Shown here piece by piece: positions 52,902 to 64,000 of a DNA stretch of 64,000 bases. Made by a program: the position numbers and the translations under genes. The number at the start of each line of letters is the position of its first letter. The stretch's first letter is position 1. Origin of the DNA: Psammoneis japonica. Its lineage: Eukaryota. A model generated the notes under the pieces. The model did no database searches, had not been told where the DNA came from, and saw only the letters and a program-made list of their open reading frames with translations. Location: NCBI GenBank assembly GCA_008632985.1, contig QPGO01000050.1:434001-498000 (forward strand), written 5' to 3'.

Positions 52902-53834
52902 ATGACGACACGAGCCGTTCTTCTCTGTATTTGTTGTCTGCTAAGCTCGCTGCCAAGAGTTTGTGCGTTTTCGGTTTCTTCATTTAGGTGTCGTTCCACT
53001 CATCTTGGTTTGTTTGACTTGGGGAAGAAAGTTTTCGAAGAGGAAGGGCCGCTAGGAAAGGGCATTACGGTTGGCAAAGTTCAAGTAGCCTTGTCTTGTC
53101 CCGATCGTTCGTCTTCGTCTATTCTTGCCACTCTCAAGAACGACGCACAATTAGCAGGGAGTGGCACCCCTTCGAATCAGCAGCTAGCGCGTTTGGCTAA
53201 TGATGTTTGCCTTGCTCTTCTGAGAAAGAAAGATGACTGGTCAGGAGCCTGTTCTGAGAGCCAGTGGTTCTCGGAAAGAGACGCAGGAAAGGCAGAAAGT
53301 TGTTTCAACGATTGGGCAAATCGCGAAGCTTCCAAGTTCGAAAAGGTATGATACATCTCAACTACCGAATTCGATCTTCAAAGGAACAATTTCAAGTTGA
53401 TCTTATCGCTGTCTAATTTTCACGTCTATGATTTGTTCATCGCGCAGGAGTATGTTCCAGGAAGCGACAGCGAAGAAAAGGGCGGAGGACCCACAACTGT
53501 CGTTGTAAGTCTTGTCATAGAGCTCCAAGGAGATCAAACAAAGTAGGTCTATGCTCGAATTTCGATTTCAGTGCAATCGAGGCACTGTTTGGTCACTTGC
53601 TTATCAATAATCATTTCCCGCCCTTGTTTGCTTTGTTCTTTCATCAGGTTTGATGGTGCTGGTTTCAGCCTCGTAGGAACACAAGAAGTGTTATCTAGTG
53701 TTGCTAGTGACGTTATGGTTGACAGAGGCAGCTGCGTCAATGCCGTGGAGGTGTTTTGGACGCCCGGTGATAACGATGAAGTCTTGACTCCTCGCGACGT
53801 TATTCTCGACTTTCCAGAGCTCATCGATTTGTAG
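52902..53834 (+). CDS. DUF1517-family protein, probably plastid-targeted (exons 52902-53345, 53448-53542, 53648-53834)
   Basis: Signal peptide ending VCA-F, then KVQVAL, LALLR and AVEVFWTP....LT...VILDFPEL. Two GT..AG introns restore the frame. Confidence 0.85.
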
Positions 53835-54328
53835 TAATGATAGAAGACTGGACGAAAGTATCATGGAATGACTGATGTTGGTGCGAACGCGATGTCAAGG
53901 AGCAGAGAAGCGCTTACTGACAACCTGGTGCAGTACTTCTAGACGTTAAGGATGTGCCAGAGGAATGGATTGAGAAAGAAAAAGAACCTTCATAGAACTA
54001 GAGCTATAGCAGTATTCACGATTTCGCTAAGTGCGCCATTTTATATTATATTGAGCTAGTAGACGCAATCTATTTTCTGGAGAGCGCTATGCATCAAATT
54101 GAAAATAATAGACAGAAATGGCGGGACCATGCATCAAAGGAGTGAGTCAGACGTCCTGTTGTCTTCGTGTGTGTGTGTTTGGTGACCGGCCAAGGTTCCT
54201 CGCCTCCTATTTTTTTTTTGCCTGCGATTTGGAGATTTGCGATGAAGACATCGTCATGAGATCTGAATGAGACTGCGGAGTGACCTTGTTGCGATTACGA
54301 AATTGAAAAGTAGGCATAGCTACAAACA

Positions 54329-55357
54329 ATGTCCTCGTTCGATAGTGCTACTGCGCATCGCAGAGGAACAACGGCAGGCGCACACAACATGGACGCAGTC
54401 GGTCGCTTTGACGAGGAAGACGACTCTTCTTACGGCGAGCATCAGCAGCAGCAAGAGGAGGATATGCCAGCCCCGTCAAGTTCAGTCGAGGCTGATGCAT
54501 CAAAGAAATCCGAACCATCACCACCGGATGATCCTGAAGTAAGCAAGACGTCGTCAGCATCGTCAGCATCAGGGTCGCATACCGCGGACGAATCAAAACA
54601 AGAAAAAGATACTGAGGAAACAGATCGTCGTCCCATTAGCATGGAGATTGGTCAAGCCGAGACTGACGATGAAGATTTGGATGAATTCGATACCGATCTA
54701 GAACGCCTATTGGGAGATACTCCACGAATTACTTCTTCTACGACGACTAACACAAGGACGAGTCGCTGCTGTCTGTCGTCCTACAAAATTGGCGAAACAA
54801 GAGTAGTTTGTCCGAGAATCTATCAAAAGACAAAGTGGCTAGGTTTGATTGGACCGCACTGGTTCGGACCGCTCTGTACGCTTGGACTTATACTCTGGGG
54901 ATCACATCACTTTATCAAGCTCGCTACCAAGATTGGTCCAATCACACTAGCAACCTGTGTTGCCTTTACAACTCTGACGGTTGTGAGTCTCGTGGGCGTA
55001 TCTTGCGGCGATCCTGGCATTGTCCGTGATGCGAAACCTCATCACTCTCTGAATATGGACAATTGGAGATGGTGTGACCTGTGTAGTGTGTATCAGCCAC
55101 CCGATGGAGCCCATTGTCCAGACTGTAAGGTTTGTGTCGCCGGGTACGATCATCACTGTGTGTGGATGGGTACGTGCATTGGACGAAAGAACTTTCGAGC
55201 CTTTAAGATTTTCAACTTGTCGTGGTTGTTTTATTTGATTTACTGCATTGTGTGGGTCTCCATTGTGGCACCAAGCATATTCTCTGAGAAGGATGGTACT
55301 CACGATGACACAAGTGGCGTTACAAACAGCACGGAAGGAGAACTGCCGAATGATTGA
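54329..55357 (+). CDS. DHHC palmitoyl acyltransferase
   Basis: DPG motif, WCDLC...HCPDCKVCVAGYDHHCVWMGTCIGRKN, flanking TM helices. Confidence 0.93.
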   Translation: MSSFDSATAHRRGTTAGAHNMDAVGRFDEEDDSSYGEHQQQQEEDMPAPSSSVEADASKKSEPSPPDDPEVSKTSSASSASGSHTADESKQEKDTEETDRRPISMEIGQAETDDEDLDEFDTDLERLLGDTPRITSSTTTNTRTSRCCLSSYKIGETRVVCPRIYQKTKWLGLIGPHWFGPLCTLGLILWGSHHFIKLATKIGPITLATCVAFTTLTVVSLVGVSCGDPGIVRDAKPHHSLNMDNWRWCDLCSVYQPPDGAHCPDCKVCVAGYDHHCVWMGTCIGRKNFRAFKIFNLSWLFYLIYCIVWVSIVAPSIFSEKDGTHDDTSGVTNSTEGELPND

Positions 55358-55463
55358 CACTACCCCGAAAACAGAATTTGCGATTAGAGACAAGTCTGTT
55401 TACCTAATAGAGAACCATTTATTCTGATACCCGAAATTACAGAACATTAGTTCTCTTATGCGT

Positions 55464-57379
55464 CTATCGCTTCTTCCTACTGGCTGCAAGAGCTGCTTGC
55501 ACCACAAGATGCGTGCTTTGCTGAGGCGGCTCCTTGGTTTGATTAGACGTACTCGTAGAGCCAAGAGATATCTTTCTTGGCTTCTTCTTGGATCGATGAC
55601 CTCCTCCGAGATGAATGGGACTGGGTCTTGTACTTTTCTGCTTGAAAGACATGGGCGTTTCGGAAACAAAACGACCAGGCGGCAAGCTGCATTTCATCGG
55701 TGTTTCTGCTATTCTCCTTGGCGGTGGCATCATGCGAGAAGCATTGTCGATGCTACGGTTGGATGGTTTAGGCTTTGGAACAATGGACGGCTTTGGCTTT
55801 TGTTGTTGGACGCTTCGTGGTTTCGGCGTCACCTGCTTCACTTGTCGAAAGAGACTCGACATGTTGGATAGACTCGAATTGAAGTGACTTCCAACGTATC
55901 GACCCTTTCCACCATCCTTGAGAAGAGCGTTTTTCGACCGTGATGTGAGCGAAAAGGGCTTGTCAATCAAGGTGTTCTTCTTCTTCGCTAGCTTGATATC
56001 CTCCGAGGGGTTGGGATCGGGCGGCTTGTCATGGCTATTACCTGGATCGGCCGTCACTTGAACGAGCTCAGCAAATACATTGTCTGCAGGTACAACAGGC
56101 AGAGACAATGGAGGAGTCGCTGGCTTCGGTTTGCTGTTTTCCTTCACGGCGTCCTCTAGATTCGTCGGTGGACTTTCCACTTCAAAATACTCAAAGACTT
56201 GCTCGACAATATCCATGGTAGCATTGGGAATGGGCGTATTCGAAGTACGCGGAAAGCATTCAACAAGAAAATGAGCAAAGTTCGTATCTGGTCCCAGAAG
56301 AAACGAAACCATTTCCAAAAAGGTAATCACGTCTTGCGCAAGAGACGGAGGTTCCGACGTTTCTCGTTTCCGTTTCTTTTTCGACTTGTTCTTCTTCTCT
56401 TTTGTCTTGGTTGCTGTAGGTTGAACGAGTAGCAACTTTAGCATATCGTTATTGTCATTACCGTACTTGTCTGCAATCATGGCATGGAGCTGCATTCGAA
56501 GCATGACTTGAAGTTGAATACGTCTTGTCCATTTCTGCTTGTCACCGTCCTCTTGCAGCGTCCTTTCCATTTCGTTCTTGAGATCCGAGGGAGTTGCAAG
56601 TAACTTCTGGACAATTTCGGTAGTAGTATCCTTGTTGAGGGTATTAGTACAGCGTTTCAACCACGCGGTAGCCACGTGCGGCGGAGATGGGTCGTTCGTA
56701 TCGATACTGGCATCGTGTTGTTCCTTGAATTCATCCACGGTAATAATGTCCTCCAACCCATAATCATTAACAGCATCGAGACTATTCGTATCTCCATTCT
56801 GATCTGATGTATGCCCAATTCCTTCGAGATGGATGTTGCTTCTGCGTTGCTCTCAGTGAATGGTTTCGCCGTAGTACTTGCTCGTATGCGCTTGAGTTTT
56901 TTGGAAGAATTGCTGATAAGTTTTTCTGACGGTCGATGTGTCGTAAGTTGACTAATTCTTTGTGCCTTTCTATTGTCAACACCAGAATCATCCTCTAAAT
57001 AATCCGAGAGCTCAGCCGTGTGTTGAGACAATGGCTTGAGCAGAAACCGTCTTGTACGTGTAGTTGTTTCTGTGCTGTTGTTTTGTTTTGCAACAAGGAC
57101 TAGCGCCAAGTCTAGCGAGCTCAGTATCGTCAAGAGCGTGGTGAAATCTGTACTATTATGTAAATCAGAGAGACTCGGCCGTTCAGTTACTTGCTTCAAC
57201 TCAACTGTGCGACTCGGCGAGAAGGTATGTAACAAAGGTACCGTTTTCTCGGCATACAACAAATCGAGCTCTTCTTTTCTCCACTTCGATTTTTCTGGAG
57301 ACGAAACAATACAGTCAAGGACACCCGTCTTGAACAGAGCTTTCTGCTTCAACGGCTCAAAGATGATTTGAGTCTTCAT
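55464..57379 (-). CDS. Hypothetical nuclear protein, possibly Treslin/Sld3-like (two overlapping ORFs)
   Basis: RRIQLQVMLRM helix, basic NLS-like stretch KKKRKR, and paired CDK-type sites IAETPMK and VSETP. Confidence 0.5.
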
Positions 57380-57404
57380 GTTGCTGTTGTTGTTGTTGTT
57401 GTTG
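57380..57404. repeat. (GTT)n microsatellite
   Basis: GTTGCTGTTGTTGTTGTTGTTGTT. Confidence 0.8.
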
Positions 57405-57853
57405 TTTGGTTTCACGTTTATGTGCAATGCTTCGACCATCGACCATGCATGCATGCACCTCCTACCTTCGCTCTTCAAGCAGGCCACTGCTTCACACTGA
57501 ACGGTACGGACGGAATAGCAGACGGTATTTTGTATATTTTGTAAAAAAATTCATGTCGTGTGTCGTGTGTCGCGTGAGGCGACGTTGGACGTTGGACGAC
57601 ATAAGCGACAAGGCGTCAAATAAGCTTTGAATGAGGCGTCGGAGCGAACGTTAGGGTGAGGCATGGGAGTATTGGTTGGGGCTGAGGTGACTTGAGTAAC
57701 TGGAGCAGGAGAGGGTCAAGGCAACCCCCCAACTGTGGGACGAGCCTTGCGAACTCTGTTGCTAGGCCTCATCCCGATGCGAACCCCGCGCGATAGTTCA
57801 AAAAAATGAGAAGCCTTTCCCGATAAACAACACTACCTCGTTAGTAAACAACA

Positions 57854-59588
57854 ATGGAGAAACAAGCTTCGACATTCAAAAAAGACAAGAGAAACGATGA
57901 AACTACGCTCCTCTTGCCGAGGACCGAGAGCAATTCTGACAGCGAAAGCGACGACAGCGAGATTGTTGTCACCTACGCCTCCTTGTGGACGTCGCATCGT
58001 CCGTTCCGGTTGTTGTTTGTGGGGTGGAACTTGACGATTTTTGGGGAATGGTTCAATTATGTTGCAGCCATGACGCTGCTCAAGCGAATTGTGAACGATC
58101 CGGAAAACGACAAGACAGCCATTGCCGTGTTGGTCGTGCTTTGGTTGTTGCCAGAAGTGATCTTTTCGGGCGTGGGTGGATTGCTAGCGGACTTGTGTGA
58201 TAGACGATGGTCCATGATTGTCCTGGATATACTCGCCGGTTGTCTGGGATTAATGTACTTGATAGCCTTTGATTCCATGATCTTGGTGTATCTCATTTCT
58301 TCCTGAAAATGACCACTGGAGCCCTGTACGAACCTTGCGCGGGATCCATCTTCCCCATGCTGCTCGACAATGCACACGAACTCAAAAAGGCCACCGTAAG
58401 TAATGCATGCCCGCGTCAGCAACAATTTCAGAGATCTCTCTGACATGCATTATTGCTGGAACTTTTGCTTCTGATTTAGACCCTATGCGTGTTTTTCGAA
58501 TCACTTTTGGCGGCGCTGGGACCGGCCCTTGGTGGCCTAGCCGTCTCAATGTGGGGCTTGACAACGTGTTTTGGTGCGTACGACGACGGAGTTCCGCAAT
58601 GTCCAAAAATGCTTCGAACTATGGCTCACCCTTTACGATACAGTTTTAGACAGTCTACTGTGTTTCGGAAGTGCGCTATTGACATGGTTAGTCGGTGGAT
58701 CTTGGGATCCGTCCGATGAGGAAGACGATACCAGTTCTGGAAGTAGCGAGGATGGAAGAGAATGGGGAAGGAGGTGATAGTAGCTCAACAAATAGCGAGG
58801 ATGAAGAGGCCGAGGAAGAAGGGGACGAAACGTTGTTTCAGACGCTACGGAAAATGGCCGTGGGTGGAGTCCAGTATCTCATGCGCAGCTTTTTCGGTCC
58901 GTTGGTCTTGCTCAATTGCAGTTCGGCCTTGATTTACGGGTCCCTTGACGTTCTCGAAGTCTCTTTTTCCGAACGAGGGCCCGACGAGAGTAGAGACAGC
59001 TTGCTGCTCGGCACACTGTTTAGTTTGTCTGGCTTGGGCGACTTACTTGGCACTATCATTGCGGAGTATTTCACGGACGTTAAAAATCCCAGTAGTCTGC
59101 AACGAGCTTGCGTGTGGTCATTCTTTTCTATGGCAGTTGCCTTTCTCGGCATGGGGATCTTCCCTGCCTTTGTAAGTCCTTGCATTTTTACGGTAGTCGA
59201 TTCTGCCGGTGCGACCGTGATCGAAATTGCGTCGGAATTATTGCTTCAGGTACGTGCACACTAAGCTTTGCTTTGGCACAGTTGTTGGTTCAAAGCTCAT
59301 GTGTTCCATACTCTATACACACAGTTATACACTCGGCCTAAGATGCTGGGACGCGTGTTGGCGATTGACATCACATTGAGCACGACAACAGAGATTATTT
59401 CCGCCATGCTGGCGGGATGGGTACAGGATACCTTTCATGTTTCGGCGCAGTCGGTCAGTTTGGGAGCGTCGGTGATCGGATTTTCCGTCTTTCTTTCGTG
59501 GTTCGTCTTTCACAGAACTGGACACGGGGCAGCCAGTCTACGCGCTCGAGCTCATGCAGGCCATTTTTCCAAGGCACCGCGTGTTTGA
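57854..59588 (+). CDS. Major facilitator superfamily transporter (DHA3/H+-antiporter-like), with introns and frameshifts
   Basis: FGEWFNYVA, motif A GGLLADLCDRRWSMIVLDI, ALYEP, LGPALGG, MLGRVLAID, multiple TM helices. Confidence 0.85.
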
Positions 59589-61160
59589 CGACGTCAAAAT
59601 CTAAAATCACAGGGACTCCCATGAACTTACATTTGAGATTATGTTATTAATATTCAGAGTCACACCAGTGGTAGCGGATGAGCTTTGAAATAACAACTGG
59701 AATCATTCAACACGATTGTAATGACAGAAGTGACAATGGGTATGGGTTACCTCTAGGGTGCCAGAAGTGGCAATGACGTTATGTTGCCGTTCGTCGGACC
59801 TTATCAAGTGGCTCCCCAAGACAAAGGGTTAAAGACAGAGTGCATCAAACAGCTCAATATATAGGAATGCCTCTGAATTGTGGTTTAGAAAATGTCATGT
59901 TTGGATTTCTGTTCGCCTCATCCTCCCGGCTCTACGACGAAGAGCGGATCCCTGGTGTGTCGTATCAAGAGCTAGCCCAAATGAGAAACGCCTGCAACGG
60001 GCAAAGTTCGGCGGTGTGGATATAGATGAGGACAAAGGATTTAGATTAGACGAATTTAGATGACAGTCTGTATCACATGTTTGCAAATCGCAGTGACTAG
60101 CAGATTCCCAGTGCTGGTGGTAGTGAGACTGTGAACGCTTCGGAGCTCACTATGGGAAAGCAGAGCAACAGTGACCGGATCGACGGGAAGAATTGGCTGC
60201 AGGAGCAATTCTGGTGACGCACCAAAGGAGCAATCATTTTTTGACGAGGATTGCAACAATGAATGGATTGAAGGTACAACTGTTTCATTTGACAGTGTGA
60301 CGGGAAAGTTAAGCTCCGGGGACACTCCCGGTGGCGTCACACTTTGACAACCGTTCCTGCATCTCATTCAAACAAGAAACAGGTCTGTCCATGGTTGATG
60401 TGAAGAGTGATCATCAAGAGCCAGAAGAGGAGGATGTCTTTGACAGAAATGCTGAGGAAATGAGGAACTCGCCCTAAATCAGACAAGCATGCTCTTGCAG
60501 TCGACAGACATGAAACGGTGCGTTAGATTTTGTCATTTCATTGGGTTGCTTCTTGTGGTTGGGATCCCACGTCTGTTGCACTTTACCAGTGCAACACTTC
60601 ATGATGCTTTCTTGACCGTCAGCCAGCACCAGTCTTGCATTCATGATCGCGGTTGTTCCGTCATGGATGGAAATCCGGGTAAATTGGCCACAGCTTGCCA
60701 TGACCAGTTTGTTTTCAACAGGAGGATGAGATGGCAAACAAGGCAGTTTTCTGTCACTGAGTCTTCTCAATCAAAGCCTTCTTAAAAACCAGGTCATGCA
60801 GCTCTCTGTGACATTGTCCAGGAGCTGCAAGCTGCAGACAGCTCTTTCCTGGAGTGCCGCATGGCTGCGTTGATCAGTGATGACCGTGTCACCCAAGGAT
60901 GGCTCAAGTGCAGGAATTCACAAAACACATCGTTTGTGACAAAGAAGGCCAAAGAGGCCAGTTTGATTGTGTCCCCAGTGCCAGCCTCCAGTCTAAAGCA
61001 GCCAGGCCCTCCACGGCAGTGGCTGACCTCTGTTTTGTGGAACAGTGGGATGATTTGAGTCACAGTCACATTTCGGTCATTTTTGTGCTGCACCGTTGCC
61101 AAAAAAGGTCAACTGGGAATCACATTTCTGAGGTGCAATTCCAAAATTGTTGTTGTGTGG

Positions 61161-61345
61161 ATCACCATCATCAGGCCTCTTCCACAAAAATTGACAACAA
61201 AAACAAGAGCACATCATCTCACTGTCATGATTTCTGAGGCACCACTCCAAGATTGTGTTGTGTTCATCACCATCATCAGGCCTCTTCCTCAAAAAACAAC
61301 AACAAAAACAAGAGGGCATCATCTCACTGTTGTGATTTGTGAGGC
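61161..61345. repeat. 105-bp tandem duplication
   Basis: ATCACCATCATCAGGCCTCTTCC...AAAACAAGAG..CATCATCTCACTGT occurs at 61161 and 61266. Confidence 0.88.
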
Positions 61346-63290
61346 TCTGTTCCAAAATGGTGTTGGTCACTTTTCCTGGTGATTTCAATGCATTGTGCAT
61401 CAAATGCAGCCACGCTTGTCATTGCAGCAATGGTTTCTGGTCCTTCTGAACAATGCAGAGCCAGCAAAAGTGTGTGCACCAAATTCTTGATTCATGCACT
61501 TTGGGCTTTCATGTTGCACATGGTGCTTGCTGGGCAAAGCCATTGATGCCAGACAGTGCTTGCATGCACGTCAGATGTTTCTAGCTGTTTCAAATGATGC
61601 AATCTGCAGCTGTGTCATTGACAAACTGTGCATGGTGTCTTGATGACAAATGTTCACAACAGCCATTTCAACAGAAGGTTTCAAACCAGCTGTTGTTCTT
61701 CCACCTTTCACACCTGAAAAACAGAATGAAGTCATTTGGGCAAGATGATTTGGGTCAACAGGTTTGGTTCTCAACCTTCTCAAATGACATGAAGCAAACA
61801 AGAAATTTTGGACAAGGGGTCTGCACTGGCAACATGATCCTCACATGGTGACATTGGTCCTCATGACTCTGATTTGCAATCCATTGTTCATTCTTTGCTG
61901 GCGCTGGTGCTCTGGACTCCAAGTTGGGAGCAGGGTTGTTGGCACTTGGTGCGTGGGTGTTCTGATTTTTGATCAGTCAGATCAGAGCTGCTTGGTGGAT
62001 TGTCCTGATCATGCCATTCTTGACCAAGCAAACAATGGCTCTGGTTCAGGACAAATCTAAAATTTGTGTTTTGAGTGCAAAACTTGAGACTTGAGATGAA
62101 CAAAAAATGCAAGGTCAGACAAGAACACAATGACACCACCTGCAAACCGCAACTTGAAAATTGAAGCAGCTGACTCTGCAGCTTCCCACGCACTCCCCAG
62201 AATGCCAATGGTGGCTCTTTGAGAAGACATGCAAGAAAGGTGAGCTGCTGCTGCACTGCACTGGGAAAACACTGGGGGCTTGACTTGAGACTGTTTGCCA
62301 GCTCTTGTTTGCAAGCATCCTGGAAGTGCTCAGTGCAGCATGGCTCCAAAACTTGACCAAAAGAGTTTGGGCTCAACAAACATTGGTGGTGGGGTCCCTC
62401 CTCATGCCCCTGTGACTGTGAGAACACCATGCCAGCACCTCAACTTCTTTCCATTTCCCAAAGGTGCAAATGCTTCCTGTGAGGCTGAAACAAAAAAGCA
62501 GAGTGTTTCAAAAAGCCAATCTGTGGATCAATTGCATGGTTGATGGCTGCAAAAGAGACAAATCTCAAAGGATTCACAGGGCCAATCTTGGCAGTGGTTG
62601 GCCTGTCATCTTGGCTGCAACAATGCCAGCAACAAAGACAAACCTTGTGGGTGCAGACTTTGACTTAAAATGCCACCTCTTTGAAGAAAACAATGAAAAC
62701 AGAGACCAGCCAACAGCAGAAATTCAGAAACTCCATTGACCATCCATGTGTCTTCATCTGCAGCCCACACAATGAGGTGCAATCATTGCACTTCAGCTCT
62801 CAACTTGGGTCTCAAAGCACTTGGGTCAATGTGGGGCTGCTGTCATTGCTGCATGGTCAGACAGTCCATGGCTGGACATCTGCTGAGCTCACTTGACCAG
62901 ATCTGCACATTCTTGCAAAGCTCAACCAGCTCCTTTTCTGGCTCCACATTGAAGCTTCCATCTCCTCTCATCCTTCTTTTGAATCTCAAACAATGGGAAA
63001 AACTCTCATGACAACTGCCAGGTTGGTCAAAGCTGCCTGCGGCACTTGTGGCCATCACATGACCTGCTGATGAGCAGCTGGGAGGTGCTTTGACTCTGCC
63101 TGCATCAGCACGTTGGCTGTGTGATGAAAATGGATGCCAAGGTCAATGATGTCTACACCTTTCAGGAATGACCAAAATCCATTGTGCTCAATCAATGACT
63201 GCTGCACCACCAGGTGCAGGAAGATCATGGTCGTCTCAACCAATCATGTTGCCAAGTCTCCCTGCCAGGTCAGGACTTGGCAAACTGGCA

Positions 63291-63945
63291 TGCAACAAGC
63301 TTGCATGTGGCCACTCTTCACTGTGGCAGTTCTCTTTCTTGTCATGGGAATCTTTCCCACCTTTGCACATCTTTGCATTTTTGTGGTGGCAGATTCTGCT
63401 GGTTCTGGCACATGCAAACCAAGCTTTTGATTTGGCCCAGTTGTTGGCTCACATCTAATTTTTCCATGCTTTGTGCACACTGTTGTGCACTTGGTCCAAG
63501 AGATGCTGGCTGGGGCTGCATTGGTGATTGATGCCACATTGAGAACAATGGCAGAAAGGAGCATTTTGCTGGTCATCAGATCATCTGCCTTTCTTTCACA
63601 GCTCATCTTTTACAGAAGCGGACATGCAGACATGTGGGGCAGCCACCAGCCCACATGCTCAAGCTCACTTGGGCCATTTTTCCAAGGCTCCACATGATGT
63701 TTGACAATGTCAAAATCTAAAAACACAGGGGCTTCCATGAACTTGGCAACACACCAGACTGTCAAACTTTGCATTTTTGAGATTGTGTTGTTCAGAGTCA
63801 TGCCAGTTGCAGGGTGGATGAGCTCCAAAAGAACAACTGCAATCATTCAACACATTTCCAATGACACAAGTGGTGCTGGTTCTGGTCCACCACCATGGCA
63901 CCAGAGGCAGGCAAGTGGCAATTGAGATGTCATTTTGCCGCTCCC
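63291..63945 (+). pseudogene. Mutated DNA-level copy of the MFS gene 3' end, last intron and downstream flank (about 59098-59790)
   Basis: Ungapped 113-nt alignment 63291-63403 vs 59098-59210 (88/113 identical by hand), with further collinear blocks to about 63945. Confidence 0.92.
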
Positions 63946-64000
63946 AAGACATGTTGCAAAGGGCCAGCTTGTGACCATGTCTCAGCCATCAGATTGCTCA

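Larger units (their letters stand above)
60180..64000. other. TpA/CpG-depleted degenerate domain 3 (runs off the window end)
   Basis: Gradual loss of TA and then CG from about 60.2 kb; TG/CA-rich; nearly Tyr-free ORFs. Confidence 0.92.

Noticed and set aside
60180..64000. Foreign or contaminant (e.g. vertebrate-like CpG-poor) DNA
   Set aside because: It contains a collinear copy of the adjacent MFS gene and grades smoothly into normal sequence without a gap.

Overview
Eukaryotic nuclear DNA, most likely from a diatom (short GT-AG introns, a DUF6824 gene, a diatom-type PPR gene, bipartite plastid presequences). It contains about 20 genes or gene remnants: dual-specificity phosphatase, eIF3b, bifunctional LKR/SDH (AASS), a katG pseudogene, a SAP-DEAD helicase remnant, a fused SbcD-SbcC (Mre11-Rad50-like) gene, a tandem ubiquitin-like protein, PI31, a RINGv-DUF179 fusion, DUF6824, ThrE, PPR, a broken STAND/AAA ATPase, DUF1517, a DHHC acyltransferase, a Treslin/Sld3-like gene and an MFS transporter. 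There is one 370-N gap. The most striking signal is three repeat-rich domains (about 15.1-16.8 kb, 27.7-36.6 kb and 60.2-64 kb) in which both CpG and TpA are strongly depleted and TpG/CpA is abundant. A decayed copy of the MFS gene inside one domain aligns to the intact gene and directly shows CG->TG/CA and TA->TG/CA changes. This points to a repeat-targeted mutational process that runs opposite to fungal RIP at TpA. The mechanism is inferred, not shown. TAG/CTAG-rich tracts occur between genes and at some domain borders. Many single-base deletions in short homopolymers look like assembly errors. All counts and alignments were done by eye and are approximate.
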